DNA of 64,000 nucleotides from a virus (Duplodnaviria > Heunggongvirae > Uroviricota > Caudoviricetes): IMG/VR virus record IMGVR_UViG_3300028886_000029, positions 46,007-110,006 of that record. One strand, 5' to 3'. A program made the position numbers and the translations under genes. The notes under the pieces were generated by a model. It was not told the DNA's origin. It did no database searches and saw only the letters and a list, made by a program, of their open reading frames with translations. Positions 18,057 through 28,644 of this stretch are shown piece after piece; position 1 is the stretch's first letter, and the number at the start of each line of letters is the position of its first letter.

Positions 18057-18903
18057 AGATAAATATAGGGTAAAGGTTATTGGTGAACCACAGGAAGTGA
18101 CTGATATCAGAAACAAGATATTAGACACTTTCGATAATTTGGTGTTTATAGATGAGGGACACAAATATTTTTTGGGTGATAAGGAACTAATTTCTGTCTC
18201 ATTATTTGTGTCACAATTTGAGGAAGAATTTGATTCGGTACAAAAAGCAATCGCCTATGCCGAAAAAAACGGTGAGACACCTGAATACTGGTTAGACCAA
18301 TGGAAATTCACGAATTTAAAAGCGACTATTTCCGGAACACAAGTACATAGTTACGGTGAGTCACTTGCTTGGCTTCATATGGGTCATCCTGAAAACATTA
18401 CTGATGATAATAAGTATAAGTACATTGCCGATAAAAATTGGTTAATACCGACAAGAACAAAAGAAGAAGCGGCATTAAAATTCTGGAACGAATTTCCTGA
18501 CAATATGTGGGTTGTTTTGCCTGAGACAAAAGTTTACACAAGTGCTAATCCAAATATACAATATAGTAAAAACTTTGCAGGTACATTTGATTTGTTGGTT
18601 TATTTTAAACATCCAACTGATGATAGTAAAAGCGGTTTAATCATCATGGATTGGAAAACCAATAGGGAACTATATAAAGAATATTCAAGAACCAATCATA
18701 AAATGTTATATTATCCGTTCGATGATTTGTATGATGAACCGTTCGGAGGATATACAATACAGTTGTCCGCATATAATCTATGTCTCAAAGATATTGGTTT
18801 AAAGGTCTTGGGGAGAAGGATTATTTGGCTTAAAGATGACGGGACTTATGAGATAATCCCAACAACAGATAAAACTGATTTAATTAAAAAAATAATAAAA
18901 TAA
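18040..18903 (+). CDS. PD-(D/E)xK-superfamily nuclease-like protein
   Basis: ...AGTFDLLVYF...GLIIMDWKTN... fits the hhhD...(D/E)xK core. Confidence 0.45.
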   Translation: MPLRNEDKYRVKVIGEPQEVTDIRNKILDTFDNLVFIDEGHKYFLGDKELISVSLFVSQFEEEFDSVQKAIAYAEKNGETPEYWLDQWKFTNLKATISGTQVHSYGESLAWLHMGHPENITDDNKYKYIADKNWLIPTRTKEEAALKFWNEFPDNMWVVLPETKVYTSANPNIQYSKNFAGTFDLLVYFKHPTDDSKSGLIIMDWKTNRELYKEYSRTNHKMLYYPFDDLYDEPFGGYTIQLSAYNLCLKDIGLKVLGRRIIWLKDDGTYEIIPTTDKTDLIKKIIK

Positions 18904-18923
18904 CAAATTAAATTTAAATTATT

Positions 18924-19565
18924 ATGGATGACAAAAGATTTATAAAAAAGATGAATGACACAATTCGTAACAAAAACAATCACGAAAACACAAGTGACAG
19001 TATTAAAATCAGGCATATTGGAACTAATATTGCTAAAGATAAAACAGCCAAAAATAACATAGAAACAACTATAGATGAAAATCTATTAACCAACAATATC
19101 TCAAAAGAAAAGTTTGAAAACAAGGAAAACTGCACTTACACTAAACCTGAGACTTATGATGTTTCTGACGATACCATCACCGAAATACTTAAAGACAACA
19201 AGGAAAAAAAGTACAAATGTAAGGTGTATTTTGACGACACGCCAACAATGGATATAAACACATATCCGTCAATTGACGAAATACATGACATCAGTTTCAA
19301 GTACGAGAACAATTTAAGAAGAAAAATGATGTTTACCGTATCCCCCCATTATAATCTTTACAACGAGTTTTTTGGACTTCTTTTGACTAATACCCCCACC
19401 GTTCAGGACAGATTTTTCAAAACAATATTGATGGATGTTTATGTTGATGACAAATTGTTAAACACATATGTCATAGCTAACTCATTTAAAATTGATAGTG
19501 TTGAGATGGATATTTCACACACAGGAAAACCTCAATATTATGTGACTTTGATATTGGTTGATTAA
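18924..19565 (+). CDS. Hypothetical protein
   Basis: 213-aa ORF. Confidence 0.45.
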   Translation: MDDKRFIKKMNDTIRNKNNHENTSDSIKIRHIGTNIAKDKTAKNNIETTIDENLLTNNISKEKFENKENCTYTKPETYDVSDDTITEILKDNKEKKYKCKVYFDDTPTMDINTYPSIDEIHDISFKYENNLRRKMMFTVSPHYNLYNEFFGLLLTNTPTVQDRFFKTILMDVYVDDKLLNTYVIANSFKIDSVEMDISHTGKPQYYVTLILVD

Positions 19566-19603
19566 ATGCTTCACGAATAATAAAAAAATAAAAACAAAAA
19601 AGC

Positions 19604-19834
19604 ATGAAAAAAGATTGTCAATTTATTGTAGTGAAAGAAATTCCCCTTAATGAAGGTGGAAGCATCAGAGTAAACACTGATATTTACAGAATACACGGAA
19701 ACTATTATATGGACGGTGGACTTCTTCCACCTGCTTATCAGGAGGACTTTGATAAACTTGTGGAAACAGAGGAAAAAAACGGATGGAAATACCTGAGTCC
19801 AATAAAAACAAATGTCGGTAATAGTATTATTTAA
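19604..19834 (+). CDS. Small hypothetical protein
   Basis: 76-aa ORF followed by a terminator. Confidence 0.35.
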   Translation: MKKDCQFIVVKEIPLNEGGSIRVNTDIYRIHGNYYMDGGLLPPAYQEDFDKLVETEEKNGWKYLSPIKTNVGNSII

Positions 19835-19839
19835 TAAAA

Positions 19840-19868
19840 ATTCCCTCCTAATTTTAGGAGGGAATTAA
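19840..19868. terminator. Bidirectional terminator hairpin
   Basis: TTCCCTCCTAATTTTAGGAGGGAA perfect inverted repeat between convergent genes. Confidence 0.55.
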
Positions 19869-19879
19869 CATTAAAATCA

Positions 19880-22800
19880 TTATACGCCACTTGGTTGGCT
19901 ACAAGAAACATTTTCATGTGAATAATATGCAGTTGAACTTACTGTATGGTTACTTCTTAAAAATATAGAATTGCCCTTTCTTTTGTGGGATAAAAAATCA
20001 CCACTTGCATCGTCAATAACCACTTGTTCCGTATCATCACAATGACCAGTAACATTAAAGTAACCACTGTAAGGATAATCATTACCACCATCAGTAATTG
20101 TTACTTGGTACGAACCGCCACAAGTCCATGAAACACCTGTAGTTGCGTCCAAAGCATCAAAAATTAAATTTACACCCCAATAACCATCGGCTATGTACAT
20201 AGAAGCTGATACTGTTGGATAAACTGTACTTGTGGCACCAGAGTAATACAAATTAATTCTATTACTGCATGAACCGGAAGGACTTGAAAATTCCACATTT
20301 CCTAATGTAACTACACTTTCAGTTGATAAATTTGGACAAGTAATTGTATAAGTGTAACTACTTGTACTTACAGTAGGATTACTGACACTAATACTGCTAC
20401 TGTATGAACCGTATTTTGTTACTGTCGGTTGAATAGGCACATAATATTGATTAACAGTATTTGCTGATACCACCATATCATTATGAGTTAACGCACTTGC
20501 GTTAGATGAGTAAACATCATATCTATCAGCGGTAACACCTGTAATTCTTTGGGTATCAATAGAAGATTTAACAACCACACTTGTTGACAAATTACCTGTT
20601 TTAGCGGTAAATGAATTAGAATTTAATTCAAAATGACAATTGGTTGCGGTCGCCGCACTGATTTCAACACCACTTCTAATATCAATGTATTTCTCACCAA
20701 CAACTTCATTCGCTTGTTGTGTAACAGTCTTGCTGTCTGATACACTGCTATCACCCGATGCCGTAACTTTATATGTCGCACTTCTTGCTGAACCTACCGT
20801 TGTAAATCTACTTGGAACAGTAATTTTTCTTGGGTTATCACTGGTTGAAGAAATACTAAAATTACTATTACCACTACTTTTGGAAATATCACTTGTCCTA
20901 TCAAGCGTATAAGTAGATGTGACTGTTTTATCAGATAACGATTCTGTGCTACTGCTTGTGGCGTTTGAAGTGTAAGTATATGCGGTTGTTCGTGTCACCT
21001 TATAGTGGTTAACAGCGTTACCTGTTTCTGTTGCGGTCGCAGTCACAGCAGTGTTTCCATTTAAAGTATTACCATCAGCCTTAAATGTGTTTTCTGATAA
21101 TGTAAGAACAATGTTCACATTACTATATGTTGTGTTATATGGTGTTGTTGCGGTGGTTGGGGTAACACCACTATTTATAACTTCGTTTTTCTGTTGTGTA
21201 ATTGTTTCACTGTCGGACACACTACTATCATGAAGTGCTGTAACTTTGTACGTTGCACTTCTTGCCGAACCTACCGTTGTACCTCTATTCGGTGCCGTAA
21301 TCCTTCTTGGACTAGTTGAAGAAATAGTAAAACTGCTTGTGGGGTTACTACTTTCAGTAATCGAACTTGTTCTATCAAGTGTATAAGGTGAGGTGACAAG
21401 TTTATCTTCAATACGTACGCCTGTTATGTCAGTTTTTGTTCCTGCACTTATCTCACCTGAATCAAATGTATATGTATAACCTGTGTCTGTGTATCTTGTT
21501 TGTACATAATGTTTAATTTCCGCGCCTGTTTCAGTCGCTGTACCTGAAATGGAAGACTTACCGTTGGGCGTGTTACCATCAGCGTTAATATTATGCTCAG
21601 TCAAAACAAGGTCAATTGTCACACCACTATATGTTGTTGAATCAACTGTAGTTCCAGAGACAACTCTTGTTGAAGTGGATGTTGAAGTCTCATAGTAGTT
21701 TTGTAACTGTGTGATTGTGACACCGGTTGTTTTAGAAGAATCTTTGGTGCTTTTGAATTTTAATTCCTTGCTCCTTTCATCACCTGTTGTTGTACCTCTA
21801 TTTAGAGCCGTTATATTATACTTATCAGTACCTTTGGTTGAAACAGTAAGCCAACTTGGTTTTGATGTGGTGTCAAATGTCGCCCTATTGGAATAATTCG
21901 GACCTTCTGTTGTAATGCTATCAGTCCAAGCATCTGTTGTGGTGTCATTACCTTTAGCACCTGAAGTATAACTTAGGGTAAATGCACTTGTACTATTGTA
22001 TTGATAAGTTTGTGTAACATTTGTTTTACCGGTCTCAGTGACGGTTAAGTCAATTGAACTCCAAGTTTTACCCACAACCTTTCCTGCCGCGTCAAAAGTA
22101 TTACCTGGTGAATCTGTTGACACAGTAAAACCAATATCGGAATAGGTTGTTGTTGGTGAGCCTGTGGCCGCACTTGTAACGGTACTTGCGCTTTCCACAT
22201 AAGTTCTTTGTACTCTGTTTGCTTCCTGTGTGAAAGTGATTGGTGTCACAGTACCGCTAAGTGTCCGTCCTAAAACAGTGAAGGACACACCTGTAATAGT
22301 TAAAATGTTTCTTGGGTCACCTGTTGTTGTACCTCTATTGGCGGCATAAACCTTATAAGTATCACGAATACCGCCTCTTCCAGTGGCCGCAAGTGTATAT
22401 TTAATTTCATTTATTAAATTGTTACCATATGTACTACCTGCTTCTGTTCTTGTGGTGCTGTCAAAACTATTGCTGTATGTCGCCGTATAATTTACACTAA
22501 ACAATTCTGGTGTACAGTACATAGATGATGTTGACGCTGAACCATTGGCAAGGAAATCAGTGTCACTATATCGTAATGTTATGCTATCAGCCACTACATT
22601 GGTAAGGGTCTCACTATAAGGTGTGACTGTACCCTTGTTATATGTTATAACATACAATTTACTTGCCGCCGTGTCAAGATATGATGACACACCACCGACA
22701 ATGTTGGGGTTGTTGTTACCCACACTGTTTTTAAAACCGGTACTCACATATGTGTTTGACACACTACTTATGTTACTACTTGTGGTAGAGCCTGATTTGA

Positions 22801-24616
22801 AATTGACAGGAATACTGACATTAGGTGATGAAGATGTCTGCACATACCAAATACCGTCACTGTCTTGTTTTAAGTTATAAGTGACTGTGATATCTTCCCT
22901 GACTGCGGTGTAAGTTACATATGCGTCATTATATGTTAAGATATAAACATAGTCAGCGGCACTATACCTGTCTGGTGAAAATGTCAACAGTCCTTCTATG
23001 GAAGTACCTGTTGCTGTATTGACCCCCATAACTTTCGTTGATGATGTTGTGTTTTCAGTAATTACAGTGGTATATGAGTTATATCTTATAGTAACAGATA
23101 TTGTGTCACTTATATCTGAACTTGATGTCACATACCAATCACCATTACTGTCTTGTTCGAAAAGAAGATTAATGGTTTTATATAATATCTCTTTACCCGT
23201 TTGCGTTAACGTTGTCTCAACAACAACAGGCTCACCATTTGAGCCGTTATGTTGTGTGGTTATCCTTATCCTTGCTACTCTTTCATCAGTACCCGTATTT
23301 TCTTGTACAGTGAAATTTGCTTTACCATTAGACACATTTTTAAATGTAAGCCAGTCACCACCACTCAAAATCTCAACAGTGACATCATCATTAGTTGAGA
23401 TTGGAATGTAGGTAGACCCGTAATTTTTATTTGTTGTGCTGGCTGTCGCTGTTAAATATGCGGTTTTAGCGTCTCTTGTTATTGAAATGTCCTTTCTTAT
23501 CGCAGGACCGACAGTACCTGTGGTGGCAACTCTTAATGTATATGTTTGCGCAGTCCATGCAGGTGCCTCACTTATTGTAAAAGAAACATTGTTGTTGTTT
23601 ACTGTCACATTACTTAGATTTGGGTCAGACAGTGTAATAACAAGACCATAGTTACTGCTAAAAGGTATATTACCTGATGTTGTTGCGCTGTTAACCGTAA
23701 GATTTGTTATATCCAAATAAGGATAAGCCTCTTGTGTGATTTGCAGTGTGTCTTGTGCTATACCGTCAACAATACTGTAATCACTTGTATTACCGGTAAC
23801 GGTGTATGTGATATCACTTGTCTGTGCTGTTGTCAACGCAGGAACAGTCATTGTGATTGTGTCACTTGATGACACACTTGTTTTATCCAAACTGATATTG
23901 CTTGGAACAGTCAATGTGCTTTCAATATTTGTGTCAACCGTAAATGTTGTTGTTCCACCGTTGTAAGGTATTTTGGCGGTGGCGGTTCTGTTTAAGTCAA
24001 TATAGGATTGAGGTGCTTGTGTTATAGTGATTGTCCTTACTATACTGTTGTCGGTTTTATTTGTAAGAACCGCTGTAAGCGTCTTAGTTGATGCGGTGTC
24101 AGTGTTTTGGTTATATGTTATAATAATAGGTGTTGTTGTCACGGCGGTTTCCGTCACCTCGTCAACATCGCATTCACAGTTTGTGCATACAATGTCCCAA
24201 CCGCCTTTAGCAACAATGTTAAACGCGCTGCTGACACTTCTGAAATCGGTCTCAACCTGTTTGTCACCGTCAACACCATCAATAAGGATATAAGGTACAT
24301 TGGCGTTTTGTGACACATGGGCGATTGCGTTGTACCTACCGTCAATAGTTCTTATGATGATGTCACCCTCTTTGATATCTGTTTCAGGATTAACACCCAC
24401 AGAGACATTAACAGTTGTCTCACCTTTTCCACCCTCATTGGCTGATAATGTGACCCACTCAGGTTTACTTACCAATACCCAAGGTTTACTTGATGTCACT
24501 GAAAAAACCGCGTTATCACCGTCCTCACTAAACGGTAATATCGTGAACTCAGCACCATATTTCTGATTGTTATATGTTAAATAAAAATATGAGAACAATA
24601 ACCTTCTTCTTGCCAT
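19880..24616 (-). CDS. Giant BACON-domain repeat protein (1578 aa), probable tail/fibre-associated carbohydrate-binding structural protein
   Basis: N-terminal FSVTSSKPWVLVSKPEWVTLSANEGGKGETTVNVSVGVNPETDIKEGDIIIRT matches the BACON pattern (W..S..W....GxG....V.N....R.a.I). Further BACON-like units include SKPSWLTVSTKG...ALNRGTTTGDERS, FTISSTSPRRITAPNRGTTVGSARSATYKV, FSISSTSDNPRKITVPSRFTTVGSARSATYKV. Confidence 0.75.
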   Translation of the reverse strand: MARRRLLFSYFYLTYNNQKYGAEFTILPFSEDGDNAVFSVTSSKPWVLVSKPEWVTLSANEGGKGETTVNVSVGVNPETDIKEGDIIIRTIDGRYNAIAHVSQNANVPYILIDGVDGDKQVETDFRSVSSAFNIVAKGGWDIVCTNCECDVDEVTETAVTTTPIIITYNQNTDTASTKTLTAVLTNKTDNSIVRTITITQAPQSYIDLNRTATAKIPYNGGTTTFTVDTNIESTLTVPSNISLDKTSVSSSDTITMTVPALTTAQTSDITYTVTGNTSDYSIVDGIAQDTLQITQEAYPYLDITNLTVNSATTSGNIPFSSNYGLVITLSDPNLSNVTVNNNNVSFTISEAPAWTAQTYTLRVATTGTVGPAIRKDISITRDAKTAYLTATASTTNKNYGSTYIPISTNDDVTVEILSGGDWLTFKNVSNGKANFTVQENTGTDERVARIRITTQHNGSNGEPVVVETTLTQTGKEILYKTINLLFEQDSNGDWYVTSSSDISDTISVTIRYNSYTTVITENTTSSTKVMGVNTATGTSIEGLLTFSPDRYSAADYVYILTYNDAYVTYTAVREDITVTYNLKQDSDGIWYVQTSSSPNVSIPVNFKSGSTTSSNISSVSNTYVSTGFKNSVGNNNPNIVGGVSSYLDTAASKLYVITYNKGTVTPYSETLTNVVADSITLRYSDTDFLANGSASTSSMYCTPELFSVNYTATYSNSFDSTTRTEAGSTYGNNLINEIKYTLAATGRGGIRDTYKVYAANRGTTTGDPRNILTITGVSFTVLGRTLSGTVTPITFTQEANRVQRTYVESASTVTSAATGSPTTTYSDIGFTVSTDSPGNTFDAAGKVVGKTWSSIDLTVTETGKTNVTQTYQYNSTSAFTLSYTSGAKGNDTTTDAWTDSITTEGPNYSNRATFDTTSKPSWLTVSTKGTDKYNITALNRGTTTGDERSKELKFKSTKDSSKTTGVTITQLQNYYETSTSTSTRVVSGTTVDSTTYSGVTIDLVLTEHNINADGNTPNGKSSISGTATETGAEIKHYVQTRYTDTGYTYTFDSGEISAGTKTDITGVRIEDKLVTSPYTLDRTSSITESSNPTSSFTISSTSPRRITAPNRGTTVGSARSATYKVTALHDSSVSDSETITQQKNEVINSGVTPTTATTPYNTTYSNVNIVLTLSENTFKADGNTLNGNTAVTATATETGNAVNHYKVTRTTAYTYTSNATSSSTESLSDKTVTSTYTLDRTSDISKSSGNSNFSISSTSDNPRKITVPSRFTTVGSARSATYKVTASGDSSVSDSKTVTQQANEVVGEKYIDIRSGVEISAATATNCHFELNSNSFTAKTGNLSTSVVVKSSIDTQRITGVTADRYDVYSSNASALTHNDMVVSANTVNQYYVPIQPTVTKYGSYSSSISVSNPTVSTSSYTYTITCPNLSTESVVTLGNVEFSSPSGSCSNRINLYYSGATSTVYPTVSASMYIADGYWGVNLIFDALDATTGVSWTCGGSYQVTITDGGNDYPYSGYFNVTGHCDDTEQVVIDDASGDFLSHKRKGNSIFLRSNHTVSSTAYYSHENVSCSQPSGV

Positions 24617-24639
24617 AATATTTTAAATTTCTTTTGCAT

Positions 24640-24686
24640 AATTCTTTTAAAAAAACAAAAATCACATCCTTAAATTATGATGTGAT
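24640..24686 (-). terminator. Rho-independent terminator overlapping the stop of 24675..25274
   Basis: ATCACATCCTTAAATTATGATGTGAT hairpin (8-bp stem) followed on the minus strand by TTTTGTTTTTTT. Confidence 0.5.
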
Positions 24687-25274
24687 AATGTAGATGGTGT
24701 AAGTTCCGTTGTCATTAATGACAAGGGCGTTTAACTCACCTATACCACCTGCCTCAACAGAAAATGTCGTGCCGTTGGTTGTCCTGACCCTACTGTCAGA
24801 CCCAATTGTTATGGCAATGTTTGACGCACCGGTATTGTTTATAAGCAAGTGTCCTTCCCTGACACAGCCGTTAGGCACTGAAACCAAACTGTCTGTTGAT
24901 ATGGTCAAAGTTGTGTCTGTGTTTATTGTGGCTATTGTTAAAAATGTGTTGAAAGTTAAGTTGGAAAGGGTGTTGACCTTAGTGAATTTTCTATTTTCCG
25001 CACCATTGGCTACTTTTGACAAAGCATTGAAAACAGTGTCACCTGCCGCCACATCACCGGTGGCTGTATTGTCTAACGCGCTGTCCACTACCATGTTTTT
25101 AATATCATTAAGTTTGAACGGTGTGGGAGTACCGCCAAGAAGTTTTGTCATCCACAAACCAGGCGCGTTTGAATTGTTATCAAGTACTATTTCACCTAAC
25201 TGATATCCAGGTTCAAACATACCACTAATCTCACTTGAGGTTCTTGTATTTTTGTTGTAAATTACCTTGCTCAT
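24675..25274 (-). CDS. Hypothetical structural (fibre-like) protein
   Basis: 199-aa, Thr/Asn/Gly-rich, between two large structural genes. Confidence 0.45.
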   Translation of the reverse strand: MSKVIYNKNTRTSSEISGMFEPGYQLGEIVLDNNSNAPGLWMTKLLGGTPTPFKLNDIKNMVVDSALDNTATGDVAAGDTVFNALSKVANGAENRKFTKVNTLSNLTFNTFLTIATINTDTTLTISTDSLVSVPNGCVREGHLLINNTGASNIAITIGSDSRVRTTNGTTFSVEAGGIGELNALVINDNGTYTIYIITS

Positions 25275-25484
25275 AATCCAATATTAATTTTATACAATAT
25301 TTTAATATAAATAGTTATAGAATAGAAAAAAATGGTGGATTTTGCGTTTCCACCATAAAAAACTGTTAGAAATGGGACTCAGTAACCGAAAAATATATCC
25401 TCAAATCAAATTGTTTTCCTATAATTAGTATCAAGGTTTGGAAAGTACAAGTTATTTTCGTATTTTTGGAAAAAGTTTTTATGA

Positions 25485-27125
25485 ATGATTGACAAAAATA
25501 ATGAGATATTCAAACGCGTTTGCGGTGACGGTTTTGAACCGTCACCCTCACAGTTGGAAATATTCAATTTCGTGAAATACGGAATAGGTAACGGTTCCAT
25601 TGAGTCAAGGGCAGGAAGTGGCAAATCCAAAACCATAGAACTGTCAACTTATTTCATACCGTCAAGTAAAAAAGTCTTGATATTGGCATATAATGTCCAT
25701 ATAGCGAACAATCTGAAACAAAAACTAAAACCACTGAGTAATGTGGTGGTTTACACATATCACAGTTTGGGCTACAGATTGTTGACATCAACATTAAACA
25801 AGGAAATTAAAGTGGATGAAAACAAATACATAAGATATATCAACACACATATTAGTGAACTCCTTGGAAATTTTGACGATTTTTCAAATGCGGAAAAAGG
25901 TAGATATATTAAAAATTTGGAAAAGCTATTGGACTACTCAAGGTACAACCTGATGCAATCAGAAAAAGAAATCGCTAAAATGGCTGTAAAATACGGTGTG
26001 AAAACCTTTTCAAACGAATGTGAAGTTGTGAGAAAACTAATGAAATGGGGATGTGAGAATACGGATTGTGTTGACTATACGGATATGATTTGGCTTCCAT
26101 ACGAAAAAGGCATAGTCACCGCCAATTATTTCAAATTTGATTATCTTTTTATTGATGAGGCACAAGACTCATCTTTGGCTCAACAACACCTTATTGATTT
26201 CTGTATGAAAAGAAACTCAAGGTTTTTCCTGTTCGGTGACAGTTTCCAAATGATTAACGCTTGGGCAGGAAGTGATGAGGATGCTTTCAAAACCTTTAAC
26301 AAAAGAGCCAATGTCAAGAAATTCGTGTTGAACATATCTTATAGATGTCCTAAGACAATCGCTGAGAAAGCAAGGGAAATCGTGCCTGATTTTGAGGCAT
26401 ATTCCAATGCCATAGAAGGAAGCATTAATTATAATGTGAGCCTGTCTGAAATCAAACCAGGTGACATGGTTTTATGTAGACTTACGGCACCATTGGTTAA
26501 ACTCTATCTTAACCTGATTGACAAGAATGTCCCTGTATATATAAAAGGTGTGGAAATCGGAAAAGAATTCATTAACAGCATCAACTCTTTCCAAACCGAT
26601 GACTTGGATAAAGTTAAATTGTCACTTAAAGAAAACCTGGTGAAAACATGGGAAGATGTCGCTGAACTATACCAAACCGACTTGAAAAGTGTTGTGGGTG
26701 AGTCAGATGTAGTGACAATATATGATGAGATTCTTACATTGGATTTGTTGTCGGAAGGTGTTAATGACAAAAATGAACTGATAAACAAAATCAAGACACT
26801 ATTTATTGACAAACCAAAAAATATCAGTTCTGAAGATAAAAACTTCGTGCATTTGTCCACAGTCCATAGGGCGAAAGGTTTGGAGAATGACAATGTGTTC
26901 ATATTATGTCCATCTTTGATGCCAAACAAACTGGCCAAAAAAGATTGGGAAATAATATCTGAAAAGAACTTGGTGTATGTGGCTTGGACAAGGGCGAAAA
27001 AAACATTGAATTTTATTAGTGAGAAAGAATTTCCACCGGATAAAAGTTATTCAGGTACTGATGTGCTTTATAAGGAATTAAACGCTATAAGAGAAAATGT
27101 CAAAGAACAGATTTATGAGACCTGA
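25485..27125 (+). CDS. Superfamily 1 (UvrD/PcrA-like) DNA helicase
   Basis: Walker A GNGSIESRAGSGKSKTI; FDYLFIDEAQDSS (motif II); ISYRCPKTIAEKA; LSTVHRAKGLENDNVFIL; VYVAWTRAKKTL (motif VI). Confidence 0.8.
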   Translation: MIDKNNEIFKRVCGDGFEPSPSQLEIFNFVKYGIGNGSIESRAGSGKSKTIELSTYFIPSSKKVLILAYNVHIANNLKQKLKPLSNVVVYTYHSLGYRLLTSTLNKEIKVDENKYIRYINTHISELLGNFDDFSNAEKGRYIKNLEKLLDYSRYNLMQSEKEIAKMAVKYGVKTFSNECEVVRKLMKWGCENTDCVDYTDMIWLPYEKGIVTANYFKFDYLFIDEAQDSSLAQQHLIDFCMKRNSRFFLFGDSFQMINAWAGSDEDAFKTFNKRANVKKFVLNISYRCPKTIAEKAREIVPDFEAYSNAIEGSINYNVSLSEIKPGDMVLCRLTAPLVKLYLNLIDKNVPVYIKGVEIGKEFINSINSFQTDDLDKVKLSLKENLVKTWEDVAELYQTDLKSVVGESDVVTIYDEILTLDLLSEGVNDKNELINKIKTLFIDKPKNISSEDKNFVHLSTVHRAKGLENDNVFILCPSLMPNKLAKKDWEIISEKNLVYVAWTRAKKTLNFISEKEFPPDKSYSGTDVLYKELNAIRENVKEQIYET

Positions 27126-27369
27126 TACTCTTTACAGAAATGTGAGATATAACGAAGAAAATGGTGATTTTGTCACTGAAGGTTATTCCTGTGACATATG
27201 GAACCTTCAATATTATCATCATTATGAGGACGATTACAGGGACGATATTAATAATTGGGAAAGTGTTGTCTATACCAGTGAGTTCACTGACAGAACATAT
27301 GTTCCAGAAGAAGACCCATGGTACACGGCATCTGTTGACTGTATTAAATCTGATTTTGATAAAATTTAG
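27115..27369 (+). CDS. Small hypothetical protein (start ATG overlaps the helicase stop, ATGAGACCTGA)
   Basis: Track ORF 27097..27369; the internal ATG at 27115 gives the coupled arrangement. Confidence 0.35.
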   Translation: MRPDTLYRNVRYNEENGDFVTEGYSCDIWNLQYYHHYEDDYRDDINNWESVVYTSEFTDRTYVPEEDPWYTASVDCIKSDFDKI

Positions 27370-27430
27370 TTTTGTTTTTTAATTTTTTTGTCATATATTT
27401 GCAACAGAAAAATCAATAATTTGTTAAAAT

Positions 27431-28594
27431 ATGAAGGATAGTAATTTTAAAAATTTGAGGCTTGACCAAACAATGTCAAGCGTTTACAATGAGGTTGACG
27501 GTCTGTCATTGCAGAACCTTTTCTACACCAACAACGGCTACTTCCCCAATTGTTATATGTTCACCAAAGACTATAAGAACAATGACAAGTATTTTGATGT
27601 GGCAAAGTTCTTCGATTTTCTGAAAGAGAAATATAATGAAGAAGAGATGTCTTACATTCAATATGTGACACATAACATTGACACTAAGGAAGATAATTTC
27701 GGTTTCTGTATCCAACTGCTCAAAGAAAACATCTACGCAAGGTTTGAGAAACAGATAAATGAGTCTTATATTCTTTATGGCCATGACAATGTTGAGTCAC
27801 TTAAAAACTTCACGAACTTGCTGTATGACTTTTATGTCTCACCTGAGGAGGAAAAAGGTAACATTTGGAAAATCGCGCAGTCTTCCGCTGGTTTTTACCT
27901 TCAAAAAAGCAAAATCAAGGAAGTTAAGAACTTTTCCATAGAAAGACAATATAATGATGATTTCGCCCATGAGGATGAGAAAATCAGAAGGTTTGTCGCT
28001 GATAAGGATAAAAGTGGTCTGATTATCCTTCATGGAGAAAAAGGCACAGGAAAAACAACTTATATCAGGAACCTTATTAACACGAACCCAGATAGAAAAT
28101 TTGTGTATGTCACACCTGACTTGGTTCCCCTTCTTGGACAACCTGCCTTTACGACCTTCATTAACACACTTAATGACCATATCGTGATTCTTGAGGACTG
28201 TGAGGAAGTTATCAGGGACAGGAAAAACACAGGCATGACCTCAGGTGTGTCAACCATACTTAATATGTCTGACGGTCTCCTTGCTGATGACCTTGGCATT
28301 AAATTCATTTGCACGTTTAACGCTGATGTCAATGATATTGACAGTGCCCTTATGAGGAAAGGCAGACTTGTGAGCAAGTATGAGTTCAAACCACTTACTG
28401 TTGAGAAAACAAACAATCTTCTTGAATTTATTTATAGTGAAAAAGCGAAGGAGGAGGATAATGAGGATGAGAACGGAATACCTGAACTTCCTAAGGATTT
28501 TGTCGCACCACACTCAAATAAGGGTCTTACCCTTGCCGACATTTATAACTATGAGGATGACTCATATATTAAGGAAAGAAAAAAGATTATTTAA
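27431..28594 (+). CDS. AAA+ ATPase
   Basis: Walker A GEKGTGKTT, Walker B HIVILEDCEE, Arg finger region ALMRKGRL. Confidence 0.75.
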   Translation: MKDSNFKNLRLDQTMSSVYNEVDGLSLQNLFYTNNGYFPNCYMFTKDYKNNDKYFDVAKFFDFLKEKYNEEEMSYIQYVTHNIDTKEDNFGFCIQLLKENIYARFEKQINESYILYGHDNVESLKNFTNLLYDFYVSPEEEKGNIWKIAQSSAGFYLQKSKIKEVKNFSIERQYNDDFAHEDEKIRRFVADKDKSGLIILHGEKGTGKTTYIRNLINTNPDRKFVYVTPDLVPLLGQPAFTTFINTLNDHIVILEDCEEVIRDRKNTGMTSGVSTILNMSDGLLADDLGIKFICTFNADVNDIDSALMRKGRLVSKYEFKPLTVEKTNNLLEFIYSEKAKEEDNEDENGIPELPKDFVAPHSNKGLTLADIYNYEDDSYIKERKKII

Positions 28595-28602
28595 CTAATC
28601 AA

Positions 28603-28640
28603 AAGAAAAGAGAGGTAATTACTTACCTCTCTTTTTACTA
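28603..28640. terminator. Bidirectional terminator
   Basis: AGAGAGGTAATTACTTACCTCTCT hairpin followed by TTTTTACT, between convergent genes. Confidence 0.55.
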
Positions 28641-28644
28641 TATA

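Noticed and set aside
25322-25366. Hairpin TGGTGGATTTTGCGTTTCCACCA upstream of the helicase gene, read as a terminator
   Set aside because: It is T-rich only on the minus strand, and no minus-strand gene ends just upstream. It may be a regulatory or structural element or a relic, so it was not called as a terminator.
27431-28594. AAA+ ATPase as a sigma-54 enhancer-binding protein
   Set aside because: Only the Walker A resemblance (GEKGTGKT versus GESGTGKE) and a PAFTTF stretch are seen. There is no clear GAFTGA, no sigma-54 activator spacing and no HTH, so it is kept as a generic AAA+ ATPase and mentioned only as speculation.
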